The notes below the pieces were generated by a model. It searched no databases, was not told the DNA's origin, and saw only the letters and a list, made by a program, of their open reading frames with translations. From Actinomycetota bacterium (GTDB lineage Bacteria > Actinomycetota > Acidimicrobiia > Acidimicrobiales > Acidimicrobilacustridaceae), in the NCBI GenBank assembly GCA_009703925.1, contig WLFD01000001.1, positions 1 through 58,641 of the forward strand: a stretch of DNA of 58,641 bases, in the 5' to 3' direction. Positions within the stretch are counted from its first letter, which is position 1, and each line of letters starts with the position of its first letter. Below, in pieces: positions 50,291 to 58,641 of the stretch. A program made the position numbers and the translations under genes.

Positions 50291-50322
50291 ACGGTCCGCC
50301 CACCCGGAGGTGAGCGGACCGT
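50291..50322 (-). terminator. Hairpin downstream of metY
   Basis: Minus strand ACGGTCCGCTCACC-TCCG-GGTGGGCGGACCGT. Confidence 0.7.
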
Positions 50323-50361
50323 CGAAAGTCACGGACGCATCAGAGCAGATGCGCACCAGAA

Positions 50362-51672
50362 TCACTTCGCAGCGGCGAATCCCGTTTCGAGATCGGCGAT
50401 GATGTCGGCGATCGTTTCGAGGCCGACGGAGAGACGCACGAGACCCGGCTCGACGCCGGTCGCAATCTGCTCCTGCTCGGTGAGCTGCGAATGGGTCGTG
50501 GTTGCCGGCTGGATGGCGAGGCTGCGTACATCGCCGATGTTGGCGACGTGGCTGTGCAGTTCGAGCGCTTCGACGAACTTCTGGCCGGCTTCCTTGCCGC
50601 CCTTGATGACGAATGCGGGAACCGAGCCGAAGCCGCGGCCTTCGGCGTACTTCGCGGCACGGTCATGCCACTGCGACGAGGCGAGACCGGCGTACTGGAC
50701 CGACTCGACCTGCGGATGGGCTGCAAGGAATTCGGCCACAGCCTGGGCGTTCGCGTTGTGACGTTCCATGCGGAGGCTCAACGTCTCGAGGCCCTGGAGG
50801 AAGAGGAACGAGTTGAACGGGGTGATCGCCGCTCCCATGTCGCGCAGGATCTGCACGCGGGCCTTGATGATGTACGCGCCCGGGCCGAGTGCCGGCCAGT
50901 AGTTGAGGCCGTGATAGCTGGGATCGGGCGTGGTGTACATCGGGAACTTGTCGTTCGCCGAGAAGTCGAAGGTCCCACCGTCGACGATGAGTCCGCCGAT
51001 CGAGGTGCCGTGACCGCCGATGAACTTGGTGGCCGAATGGACGACGATGTCGGCACCCCACTCAAGCGGACGGATCAGCCACGGGGAGGCGACGGTGTTG
51101 TCGACGATGAGCGGAACGCCGTTCTCGTGGGCAACGCCGGAGACGCCTTCGATGTCGAGGACGTCATTGCGCGGGTTGCCGATGCTCTCGCCGTAGAACG
51201 CCTTGGTGTTCGGCTGCACAGCGGCACGCCATGCATCGAGATCGTCGGGATCGTCGATGAAGGTGACGTCGATTCCGAACTTCGGAAGCGTGTAGTGGAG
51301 AAGGTTGTAGGTGCCGCCGTAGAGCGCGGCTGACGCCACGATGTGGCTCCCCTGCTCGGCGAGGTTCATGATCGCCATGGTCTCGGCGGCCTGGCCGGAA
51401 GCAACGGCAAGAGCGCCGGGAATGCCGACAGCCGTCGAGGTCGCTCCTTCGAGGGCGGCGATCCGCGCTTCGAACACACCCTGGGTCGGGTTCATGATGC
51501 GGGTGTAGATGTTGCCCATCTCGGCCAGAGCGAAGAGGTTGGCGGCATGCGCCGTGTCGCGGAACTGGTACGAGGTCGTTTGGTAGATCGGGACGGCGCG
51601 CGAACCGGTGGTCGGATCGGGCTCCTGGCCGGAATGGATCTGACGGGTTTCGAAACCCCACTGCTCGCTCAT
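50362..51672 (-). CDS. metY: O-acetylhomoserine/O-acetylserine sulfhydrylase
   Basis: FETRQIHSG, NIYTRIMNPT, HSATKFIGGHG (PLP lysine) and ANIGD motifs. Confidence 0.92.
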   Translation of the reverse strand: MSEQWGFETRQIHSGQEPDPTTGSRAVPIYQTTSYQFRDTAHAANLFALAEMGNIYTRIMNPTQGVFEARIAALEGATSTAVGIPGALAVASGQAAETMAIMNLAEQGSHIVASAALYGGTYNLLHYTLPKFGIDVTFIDDPDDLDAWRAAVQPNTKAFYGESIGNPRNDVLDIEGVSGVAHENGVPLIVDNTVASPWLIRPLEWGADIVVHSATKFIGGHGTSIGGLIVDGGTFDFSANDKFPMYTTPDPSYHGLNYWPALGPGAYIIKARVQILRDMGAAITPFNSFLFLQGLETLSLRMERHNANAQAVAEFLAAHPQVESVQYAGLASSQWHDRAAKYAEGRGFGSVPAFVIKGGKEAGQKFVEALELHSHVANIGDVRSLAIQPATTTHSQLTEQEQIATGVEPGLVRLSVGLETIADIIADLETGFAAAK

Positions 51673-51765
51673 CTGAACTCCCTTTGGTCGCGTGTCGGGA
51701 CCGAAACCAGGCCACGCCCAGAGCGCTCTGCGGTTCCGATCAACGAGTTGTGACACTAGGAGCCT

Positions 51766-51790
51766 AAACCTGACCAATCAAGTCGGAATT
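51766..51790. promoter_or_regulatory. Rrf2 (IscR/CymR-like) operator candidate at the metY promoter
   Basis: AAACCTGACCAATCAAGTCGGAATT, an imperfect palindrome with a GAC-N7-GTC core. It abuts the minus-strand -10 box TAGGCT (51766-51761). Confidence 0.55.
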
Positions 51791-51813
51791 AGTCCGGTGT
51801 CGTCCGGGACGCG

Positions 51814-51843
51814 ACGGAGGGGCCGGCGAACCGACCCCTCCGT
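51814..51843 (-). terminator. ilvC terminator hairpin
   Basis: Minus strand ACGGAGGGGTCGG-TTCG-CCGGCCCCTCCGT. Confidence 0.72.
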
Positions 51844-51901
51844 GTATCTCCGACAGTGCAGTTCCACATCACTACGCGCCGCTCGGGAGCGACCCGGGAA
51901 C

Positions 51902-53035
<1,134 letters not shown>

Positions 53036-53072
53036 TTAGGGCGTTGGCCCCCTGCTGCGGAAAACTGCGGGA

Positions 53073-53573
53073 TCAGCCGATCTTCGGCAAGGCCACGCGG
53101 CCCGTGCGCTGGAGGGCGACAACCGGGTGGGTGGCCAGAAGGATGGCGAATCGGTCGAGCTCGTCGGGGGTTCCCTCGAGGGACACCGTCACGGTGTCGG
53201 CGCCGGCATCGAGGATCCGGGCACCGGCAACTTCGACCTGAACCGCGAAGCCCTGACGGGTGGCCTGGGGACTCTCGACCGTGGCGAGCAGCAGTTCGCG
53301 TTCGACGGCATCGCCGGGGGCGAGTTCGTCGATACGGAGAACGTTGATGAGTTTGTCGAGCTGCTTCACGATCTGTTCGAGAGGCGCCGATTCGACGTCG
53401 ACCACGATCGTGATGCGACTGCGCCGGTCGTCGTCGGTCGGGGCGACGGCGAGCGAGAAGATGTTGTAACCGCGTCGGGCGAACAGCCCCGAGACCCGGG
53501 CCAGGACGCCGGGCTTGTTCTCGACGAGCACCGAGATGATGTGATGACGGGCGACACCGGGATTCGTGTTCAT
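53073..53573 (-). CDS. ilvN: Acetolactate synthase small subunit
   Basis: SVLVENKPGVLARVSGLFARRGYNI motif. TGATG coupling to ilvB. Confidence 0.95.
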   Translation of the reverse strand: MNTNPGVARHHIISVLVENKPGVLARVSGLFARRGYNIFSLAVAPTDDDRRSRITIVVDVESAPLEQIVKQLDKLINVLRIDELAPGDAVERELLLATVESPQATRQGFAVQVEVAGARILDAGADTVTVSLEGTPDELDRFAILLATHPVVALQRTGRVALPKIG

Positions 53574-55306
53574 CAGTAGTCCTCCGGTCCGACGACGATG
53601 TCGGAGTTCGACTTGCCTGAGGGAACCATCGGGAAGACCTTCTCGCGTGCATCGGTGCGGAAGTCGATGACGACCGGACGATCGTCGACCTCGTTGGCAC
53701 GCTGGATGGCCGGCAGGACATCCTCCGGCGATTCGACGCGCATGCCTACGCAACCCATCGACTCGGCCCACATCTTGTAATCGGGAAGGTCCGGCGAGAG
53801 GTAGACCTCGCTGTAGCGCTCTTCGTAGAACATCTCCTGCCACTGTCGGACCATGCCGAGATAGGCGTTGTTGAGGATCGCGATCTTGACCGGGATGCGC
53901 TCGGCAGCGGCAGTCACGAGTTCCTGCGCCGTCATCTGGAAACAGCCGTCACCGTCGACGGCCCAGACCATGCGGTCCGGACGACCGACCTTGGCGCCGA
54001 TGGCCGCGGGAACCGCGAAACCCATCGTGCCCAGGCCACCCGAGTTGATCCAGGTGTAGGGATGGTTGAACTTCCAGTACTGGGCGGTCCACATCTGATG
54101 CTGTCCGACGCCGGAAGCGACGATGCAATCATCGGGTGTGTTGTCGCGGAGTTGTTCGAGCACGAACTGCGGCTTGAGCAGGTCGCCCGGTTCGGACTGC
54201 ACGTAGGTGAGCGGGAACTTCTCCTGCCAACCGCTGATCGTCGACTTCCATGCCGAGCGATCGGGCTGCTTGTCCGCGCCCCCGAGAATCTTGAGCGCGT
54301 TGATCATCTCGGTGATCACGAGGCGGCAGTCGCCGGTGATGCCGACATCGGGACGACGGACCTTGCCGAGTTCGGCGGGGTCAATGTCGACGTGGATGAT
54401 CTTGGCGTTGGCGGCGAAGCCATCGAGCTTGCCCGTGACCCGGTCGTCGAAACGAGAGCCGAGGGCGATCAGCAGATCGGATTCCTGCATCGCCGTGACG
54501 GCCGTGTAGTTGCCGTGCATGCCCGGCATGCCGAGACAGAGCGGATGGTCATCGGGCATGGCGCCGCGGGCCATGAGGGTCGTGACGACAGGAATGTCGA
54601 GCATCTCGGCGAGTGCGAGAAGCGCTTCGGCGGCCCGGGCCTTCAGGATGCCGCCACCGGCGTAGAGAACCGGCCGCTCGGCGGCGAGGATCAGTCGGGC
54701 GGCGGCCTCGATGAGTTCCGGGTCACCGTCGAGGCGGGGGTTGTAGCCGGGCAGGTCGACCGACTCGGGCCAGTACCAGTCGAGGGCCGAATTCGGGTTC
54801 GTCGGATCGACGAGATCCTTCGGGATGTCGATGAGCACCGGACCGGGCCGACCGGTGGTGGCGATGTGGAACGCCTCGCGGATGATGCGCGGGATGTCCT
54901 GGGCACGGGTCACGAGCTCGTTGTGCTTGGTGATCGACCGGGTGATGCCGACCGTGTCGACCTCCTGGAATGCATCGGTGCCGATTCCCGCGGTACCGAC
55001 CTGACCGGTGATGACGACCATCGGAACCGAGTCCATGTAGGCGTCGGCCAACGGGGTGACGATATTGGTGGCGGCCGGGCCGCTGGTGACCATGGCCACG
55101 CCGGGACGACCGGTCGCGTGCGCATATCCCTCGGCCATGTGGCCGGCACCCTGTTCGTGACGAACGAGGATGTGGCGGATCGGCGAGTCGATGATCGGGT
55201 CGTAGACCGGCAGGATCGCTCCGCCGGGCAGACCGAACATGACATCGACGCCCTCGAGTTCAAGGGCCTTGATGAGTGCGGCACCGCCATTTGTCTTCAT
55301 TGTCAT
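53573..55306 (-). CDS. ilvB: Acetolactate synthase large subunit
   Basis: FGLPGGA, RHEQGA, RFDDRV and GDG...NN (TPP) motifs. Confidence 0.97.
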   Translation of the reverse strand: MTMKTNGGAALIKALELEGVDVMFGLPGGAILPVYDPIIDSPIRHILVRHEQGAGHMAEGYAHATGRPGVAMVTSGPAATNIVTPLADAYMDSVPMVVITGQVGTAGIGTDAFQEVDTVGITRSITKHNELVTRAQDIPRIIREAFHIATTGRPGPVLIDIPKDLVDPTNPNSALDWYWPESVDLPGYNPRLDGDPELIEAAARLILAAERPVLYAGGGILKARAAEALLALAEMLDIPVVTTLMARGAMPDDHPLCLGMPGMHGNYTAVTAMQESDLLIALGSRFDDRVTGKLDGFAANAKIIHVDIDPAELGKVRRPDVGITGDCRLVITEMINALKILGGADKQPDRSAWKSTISGWQEKFPLTYVQSEPGDLLKPQFVLEQLRDNTPDDCIVASGVGQHQMWTAQYWKFNHPYTWINSGGLGTMGFAVPAAIGAKVGRPDRMVWAVDGDGCFQMTAQELVTAAAERIPVKIAILNNAYLGMVRQWQEMFYEERYSEVYLSPDLPDYKMWAESMGCVGMRVESPEDVLPAIQRANEVDDRPVVIDFRTDAREKVFPMVPSGKSNSDIVVGPEDY

Positions 55307-55368
55307 CCTCGGGGAAAGTGCGAAAAGGTGGGTGGATCAGGGCGCTGTGGCGAACTGCGGCCGCTGGT

Positions 55369-55431
55369 AACGCAAACGACCTCCCGCAGTGGGAGGTCGG
55401 AGACGCACACGCAGGCTGGGCCGGCGCGTGC
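55369..55431 (-). terminator. Attenuator hairpins of the ilvBNC leader
   Basis: GCACGCG...TGCGTGT hairpin, then CGACCTCCC-ACTGC-GGGAGGTCG followed by TTTGCGTT. Confidence 0.82.
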
Positions 55432-55478
55432 TAGACGAGTACTACGAGCGTGGAGTTGGAAACAACCTTTGTGCTCAT
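55431..55478 (-). CDS. Leader peptide MSTKVVSNSTLVVLV (Val/Leu control codons)
   Basis: CTC GTA GTA CTC GTC TAG at the 3' end. CAGACT -10-like box 9 nt before the ATG; no SD. Confidence 0.82.
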   Translation of the reverse strand: MSTKVVSNSTLVVLV

Positions 55479-55599
55479 AAGGCTTTCAGTCTGTCAGCGC
55501 CACCGGTCGGTGGGCAACTCCTGCCACCCATCCGGTCTTCCAACCGTCCCGCAACCGGTATTTCCCCCGCTCGACCGGGCTTCGGCTTAGCATTTCGCC

Positions 55600-56052
55600 A
55601 TGACGACACAAGAGCCGACCTCGAATCCCGCACCGGGCTGGTATCCGGACCCTCAGGGCGTTTCCCGCTGGTGGGACGGTCAGGCATGGGGCGATCCCGC
55701 CCCGGTCGCTTCCAGCAGCTCCGGCACCGATCCGAAGACGATGGCTGTCCTCGCCCAGGCGCTCGGAATCGTCACCGGCTTCCTCGCCCCACTCGTGATC
55801 TATCTCATCAATGGCGAGAAAGACCCCTTCGTACGTCATCACGCCGCCGAGGCCCTCAACTTCCAGATCACGCTGCTGATCGGGTACGTCGTGGCGTTCG
55901 CACTCTCGCTCATCCTCATCGGGTTGCTGCTCCTCCCGGTCCTGTTCGTTCTCGGGATCGTCTTCCCGATCCTCGCGGCTGTAGCCGCTAACAAGGGCGA
56001 GTGGTATCGCTATCCGGTGAGCATCCGACTCGTTCCCGGCGCCGTCGGCTGA
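55600..56052 (+). CDS. DUF4870 (Tic20-like) membrane protein with N-terminal DUF2510 motif
   Basis: PGWYPDP...RWWDG motif, FVRHHAAEALNFQIT and YRYP. Confidence 0.85.
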   Translation: MTTQEPTSNPAPGWYPDPQGVSRWWDGQAWGDPAPVASSSSGTDPKTMAVLAQALGIVTGFLAPLVIYLINGEKDPFVRHHAAEALNFQITLLIGYVVAFALSLILIGLLLLPVLFVLGIVFPILAAVAANKGEWYRYPVSIRLVPGAVG

Positions 56053-56104
56053 GTCCAGCTTCTGGTCACGTCCGACCCACGGTCCCCGGGACCGCAGTTC
56101 TTTT

Positions 56105-56156
56105 CCAAGCTGGCTCGTTTCTGGTTGCCGAAGGCACCAGAAACGAGCCAGCTTGG
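56105..56156. repeat. REP-like palindromic element, copy 2 (bidirectional terminator)
   Basis: Perfect 21-bp arms CCAAGCTGGCTCGTTTCTGGT / ACCAGAAACGAGCCAGCTTGG between convergent genes, followed by TTTTT. Confidence 0.85.
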
Positions 56157-56199
56157 TTTTTGGGGTCATTCGGGGCCGGACGGAGCCCCGACAACAGGA

Positions 56200-57879
56200 T
56201 CAGGCCAGGGTGATGGCGCCCTTCTCGGCACCTTGGGCCAGACGGACATACTTCGCCAGCACGCCACGCGTGTAGCGCGGTTCGGGCAGGACCCATTCGG
56301 CGCGGCGGGCATCGAGAACCGATTCGTCGACCATGAGGTCGATCGTGTGGTTCACGGTATCGATGACGATCCTGTCGCCGTCGGCGACGAACGCGATCGG
56401 TCCACCATCGACGGCTTCAGGCGCGACGTGTCCGATACAGAAACCATGCGTTCCACCGGAGAACCGACCGTCGGTGATGAGCGCTGTGTCTCCACCGCGC
56501 CCGGCGCCCTTTATGGCACCAGTGACGGCAAGCATCTCGCGCATACCCGGTCCACCCTTGGGGCCTTCGTAGCGGATGACGACGACGTCACCCGACTTGA
56601 TCTTGCCGGCGAGGATCTCGTCCATCGCAGCCTGCTCACCATCGAACACGCGGGCGTTGCCTTCGAAACGATCGAAGTCGATGCCGGCGACCTTGACGAC
56701 CGACCCCTTGGGGGCGAGCGAACCGGTGAGCACGGCGATTCCACCGACTGCGTGGATCGGATCCGAAAGACGATGCACGACCGAACCGTCGGGCCCGGGC
56801 AACGACATGGCGGCGAGGTTCTCGGCAACGGTGAGTCCGGTGACGGTCAGACAGTCACCGTGGAGCAGTCCGGCATCGAGGAGTTCCTTCATCACCATGG
56901 GGATTCCACCGACCCTGTCGAGATCGAACATGTGATAGGCGCCATGGGGCTTGGTGTCGGCGATGTGCGGAACCTTCGCGGCGATGCGGTTGAAGTCGGC
57001 CAGTTCCAGATCGACCTCGGCCTCGGCTGCGATTGCCAGCAGATGAAGAACGGCATTGGTCGAACCACCAAGTGCCATGACGACGGCGATCGCGTTTTCA
57101 AATGCCTTCTTGGTCATGATCTGACGGGGACGGATGCCGAGGCGCAGGAGGTTCATGACGGCCACACCTGAAGCGCGGGCGAAATCATCCCGACGGCGAT
57201 CGACCGCGGCAGGGGATGCCGAACCGGGGAGCGACATGCCGAGAGCTTCGCCGACCGACGCCATGGTGTTGGCCGTGAACATTCCGGCGCAACTGCCTTC
57301 GGTGGGACACGCGTTGCGTTCGATCGCATCGAGTTCCGCCTCGGTGATCGCACCAGTGGCTTCTGCACCGACAGCCTCGAACACCGAAACGATGTCGAGA
57401 ACTTTGCCGTCACAGTTGCCGGGCAGGATCGATCCGCCGTACACAAACACCGAAGGGAGATTGATACGGGCCGACGCCATGAGCATTCCCGGCAGGCTCT
57501 TGTCGCAACCGGCGAACGTGACCAGTCCGTCGAAACGTTCGGCATGCATGACCGTTTCCACCGAATCGGCGATGACCTCGCGGCTCACGAGCGACGCCCG
57601 CATGCCTTCGTGACCCATCGAGATTCCGTCGGACACGGCGATCGTGACGAACTCGAACGGGAAGCCGCCGGCGGCGCGGACGCCCAGCTTGGCCTGCTTC
57701 GCGAGTCGGTCGAGAGGAAGGTTGCACGGGGTGACTTCGTTCCAGGACGAGCAGACCCCGATCTGGGACTTGTCCCAGTCGTCGTCGGTCATTCCGACGG
57801 CGCGAAGCATGGCCCGCGCCGGGGCACGACTCTTGCCGTCGGTCACATCGGAGGAGTGAGGCTTCATCGGGTTCGACAT
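56200..57879 (-). CDS. ilvD: Dihydroxy-acid dehydratase
   Basis: VTPCN, SDGISMG, GCDKS, GPGMREM and TDGRFSGG motifs. Confidence 0.96.
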   Translation of the reverse strand: MSNPMKPHSSDVTDGKSRAPARAMLRAVGMTDDDWDKSQIGVCSSWNEVTPCNLPLDRLAKQAKLGVRAAGGFPFEFVTIAVSDGISMGHEGMRASLVSREVIADSVETVMHAERFDGLVTFAGCDKSLPGMLMASARINLPSVFVYGGSILPGNCDGKVLDIVSVFEAVGAEATGAITEAELDAIERNACPTEGSCAGMFTANTMASVGEALGMSLPGSASPAAVDRRRDDFARASGVAVMNLLRLGIRPRQIMTKKAFENAIAVVMALGGSTNAVLHLLAIAAEAEVDLELADFNRIAAKVPHIADTKPHGAYHMFDLDRVGGIPMVMKELLDAGLLHGDCLTVTGLTVAENLAAMSLPGPDGSVVHRLSDPIHAVGGIAVLTGSLAPKGSVVKVAGIDFDRFEGNARVFDGEQAAMDEILAGKIKSGDVVVIRYEGPKGGPGMREMLAVTGAIKGAGRGGDTALITDGRFSGGTHGFCIGHVAPEAVDGGPIAFVADGDRIVIDTVNHTIDLMVDESVLDARRAEWVLPEPRYTRGVLAKYVRLAQGAEKGAITLA

Positions 57880-57973
57880 GGAAGAGAGGTTACGCCGGTG
57901 GCACTCGCATCAACCACCTGCACTCCCGACCCCAGCCGATCATCAACCGATGTCGGGAGCAGCCCCTTCGGGT

Positions 57974-58492
57974 CTAGCTGCCGCCGGAGAGCGAGGGGCA
58001 CCGGGTGTTGAAGTACCCCTCGATGTTCGCCTGCGCCTCTTTGACCTCTGGTGTCTCGAGGAGCTTCGCCGCCTCGGTCGCCTTGTCCTGAACCTCGGAG
58101 TCCATGAGATCTCCCAGCGAAATGCCCTTCATCGCCTCGACGTATTTCCGTAGCGCATCGGAATAGACGGCGAAATCGTTCTTGATCTCATCGGGAATCT
58201 CGGCGGTGAGATTCGCAAGCTCGTTCTCGATCTGCGCCTTGTCGGCATCCGAAACCCCCATCGCCGCAGCGGCCGCCGAAAGACTCAGCGAGAAATACGC
58301 CGCGCCGGCCTTGGCACAATCTCCGGTCAGCGAATCCAGTGCCCCACCGAGATCCTCCGCGTCGCCTCCGGAACCGGATGATTGCGTCGTCGATGTCGCT
58401 CCCGAGCCCGACGACGATCCACCGCAGGCCGCAGTCAGCCCCATGAATCCGATCAGCAGGACTGCAGCGATACGAAGTCGAAACGAATTCAT
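57974..58492 (-). CDS. Hypothetical lipoprotein
   Basis: Signal MNSFRLRIAAVLLIGFMGLTAA-C, a Ser/Gly linker, and a helical domain with two further Cys residues. Confidence 0.75.
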   Translation of the reverse strand: MNSFRLRIAAVLLIGFMGLTAACGGSSSGSGATSTTQSSGSGGDAEDLGGALDSLTGDCAKAGAAYFSLSLSAAAAAMGVSDADKAQIENELANLTAEIPDEIKNDFAVYSDALRKYVEAMKGISLGDLMDSEVQDKATEAAKLLETPEVKEAQANIEGYFNTRCPSLSGGS

Positions 58493-58641
58493 GGGGGGCC
58501 TCTTCTCTGATCGGGGATGCCCGCGGCGCACGCGGAAAACTGTCACGAGCCTAGGGATCGCACCGAGACCCGAATTGGGTAAAGAGGACGATTCGGCCCT
58601 CTCCAACCCGGTTGCAACCGAAAAGGCCACAACCGGATGGA

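Noticed and set aside
51673-51760. SAM riboswitch or Cys/Met leader peptide upstream of metY
   Set aside because: No recognisable SAM-I/IV core and no Cys- or Met-rich uORF. Only a short palindrome (CAGAGCGCTCTG) is present.
58602-58641. Imperfect inverted repeat at the window end (TCCAACCCGGTTG...CAACCGGATGGA)
   Set aside because: It is cut by the window edge and is most simply a terminator of an unseen gene. There is not enough context to call it.

Overview
GC-rich actinobacterial chromosomal segment. Gene content and the conserved hypotheticals suggest Acidimicrobiia (inference). I saw no CRISPR array, integrase, transposase or rRNA. The window has three parts. (1) 1-9.8 kb: mixed accessory genes, including a truncated FGGY-kinase N-domain, a Tat-lipoprotein amidohydrolase, a double-TetR regulator, an amidase, aqpZ, tesB, a TetR, a class III cyclase and an MDH/LDH-like protein. 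(2) 9.9-27.9 kb: a catabolic block lying between tRNA-Glu(CTC) and tRNA-Gln(CTG), with a CYP125-like P450, five SDRs, LLM, TauD, OYE, APH-like, SnoaL, MFS, a GGR/MenJ-like reductase and LOG. (3) 28-58 kb: the actinobacterial amino-acid supercluster, with gltX, leuB-ilvE-cimA, greA, ppx, an NdgR-like IclR divergent from leuCD, leuA, serA, serC, metY, ilvBNC and ilvD. The most interesting signal is non-coding and absent from the ORF track. Three short, apparently leaderless leader peptides, each followed by a hairpin and a terminator, sit upstream of leuB-ilvE-cimA (control codons VVII), leuA (LLL) and ilvBNC (LVVLV). Other non-coding signals: an IclR operator whose half-site is reiterated four times, a dispersed REP-like palindrome present twice 38 kb apart, a 14-bp perfect inverted repeat at the double-TetR promoter, an Rrf2-like site at metY, and many leaderless promoters. 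I adjusted start codons by eye relative to the ORF track. Product calls rest on recognised motifs, not on database searches.
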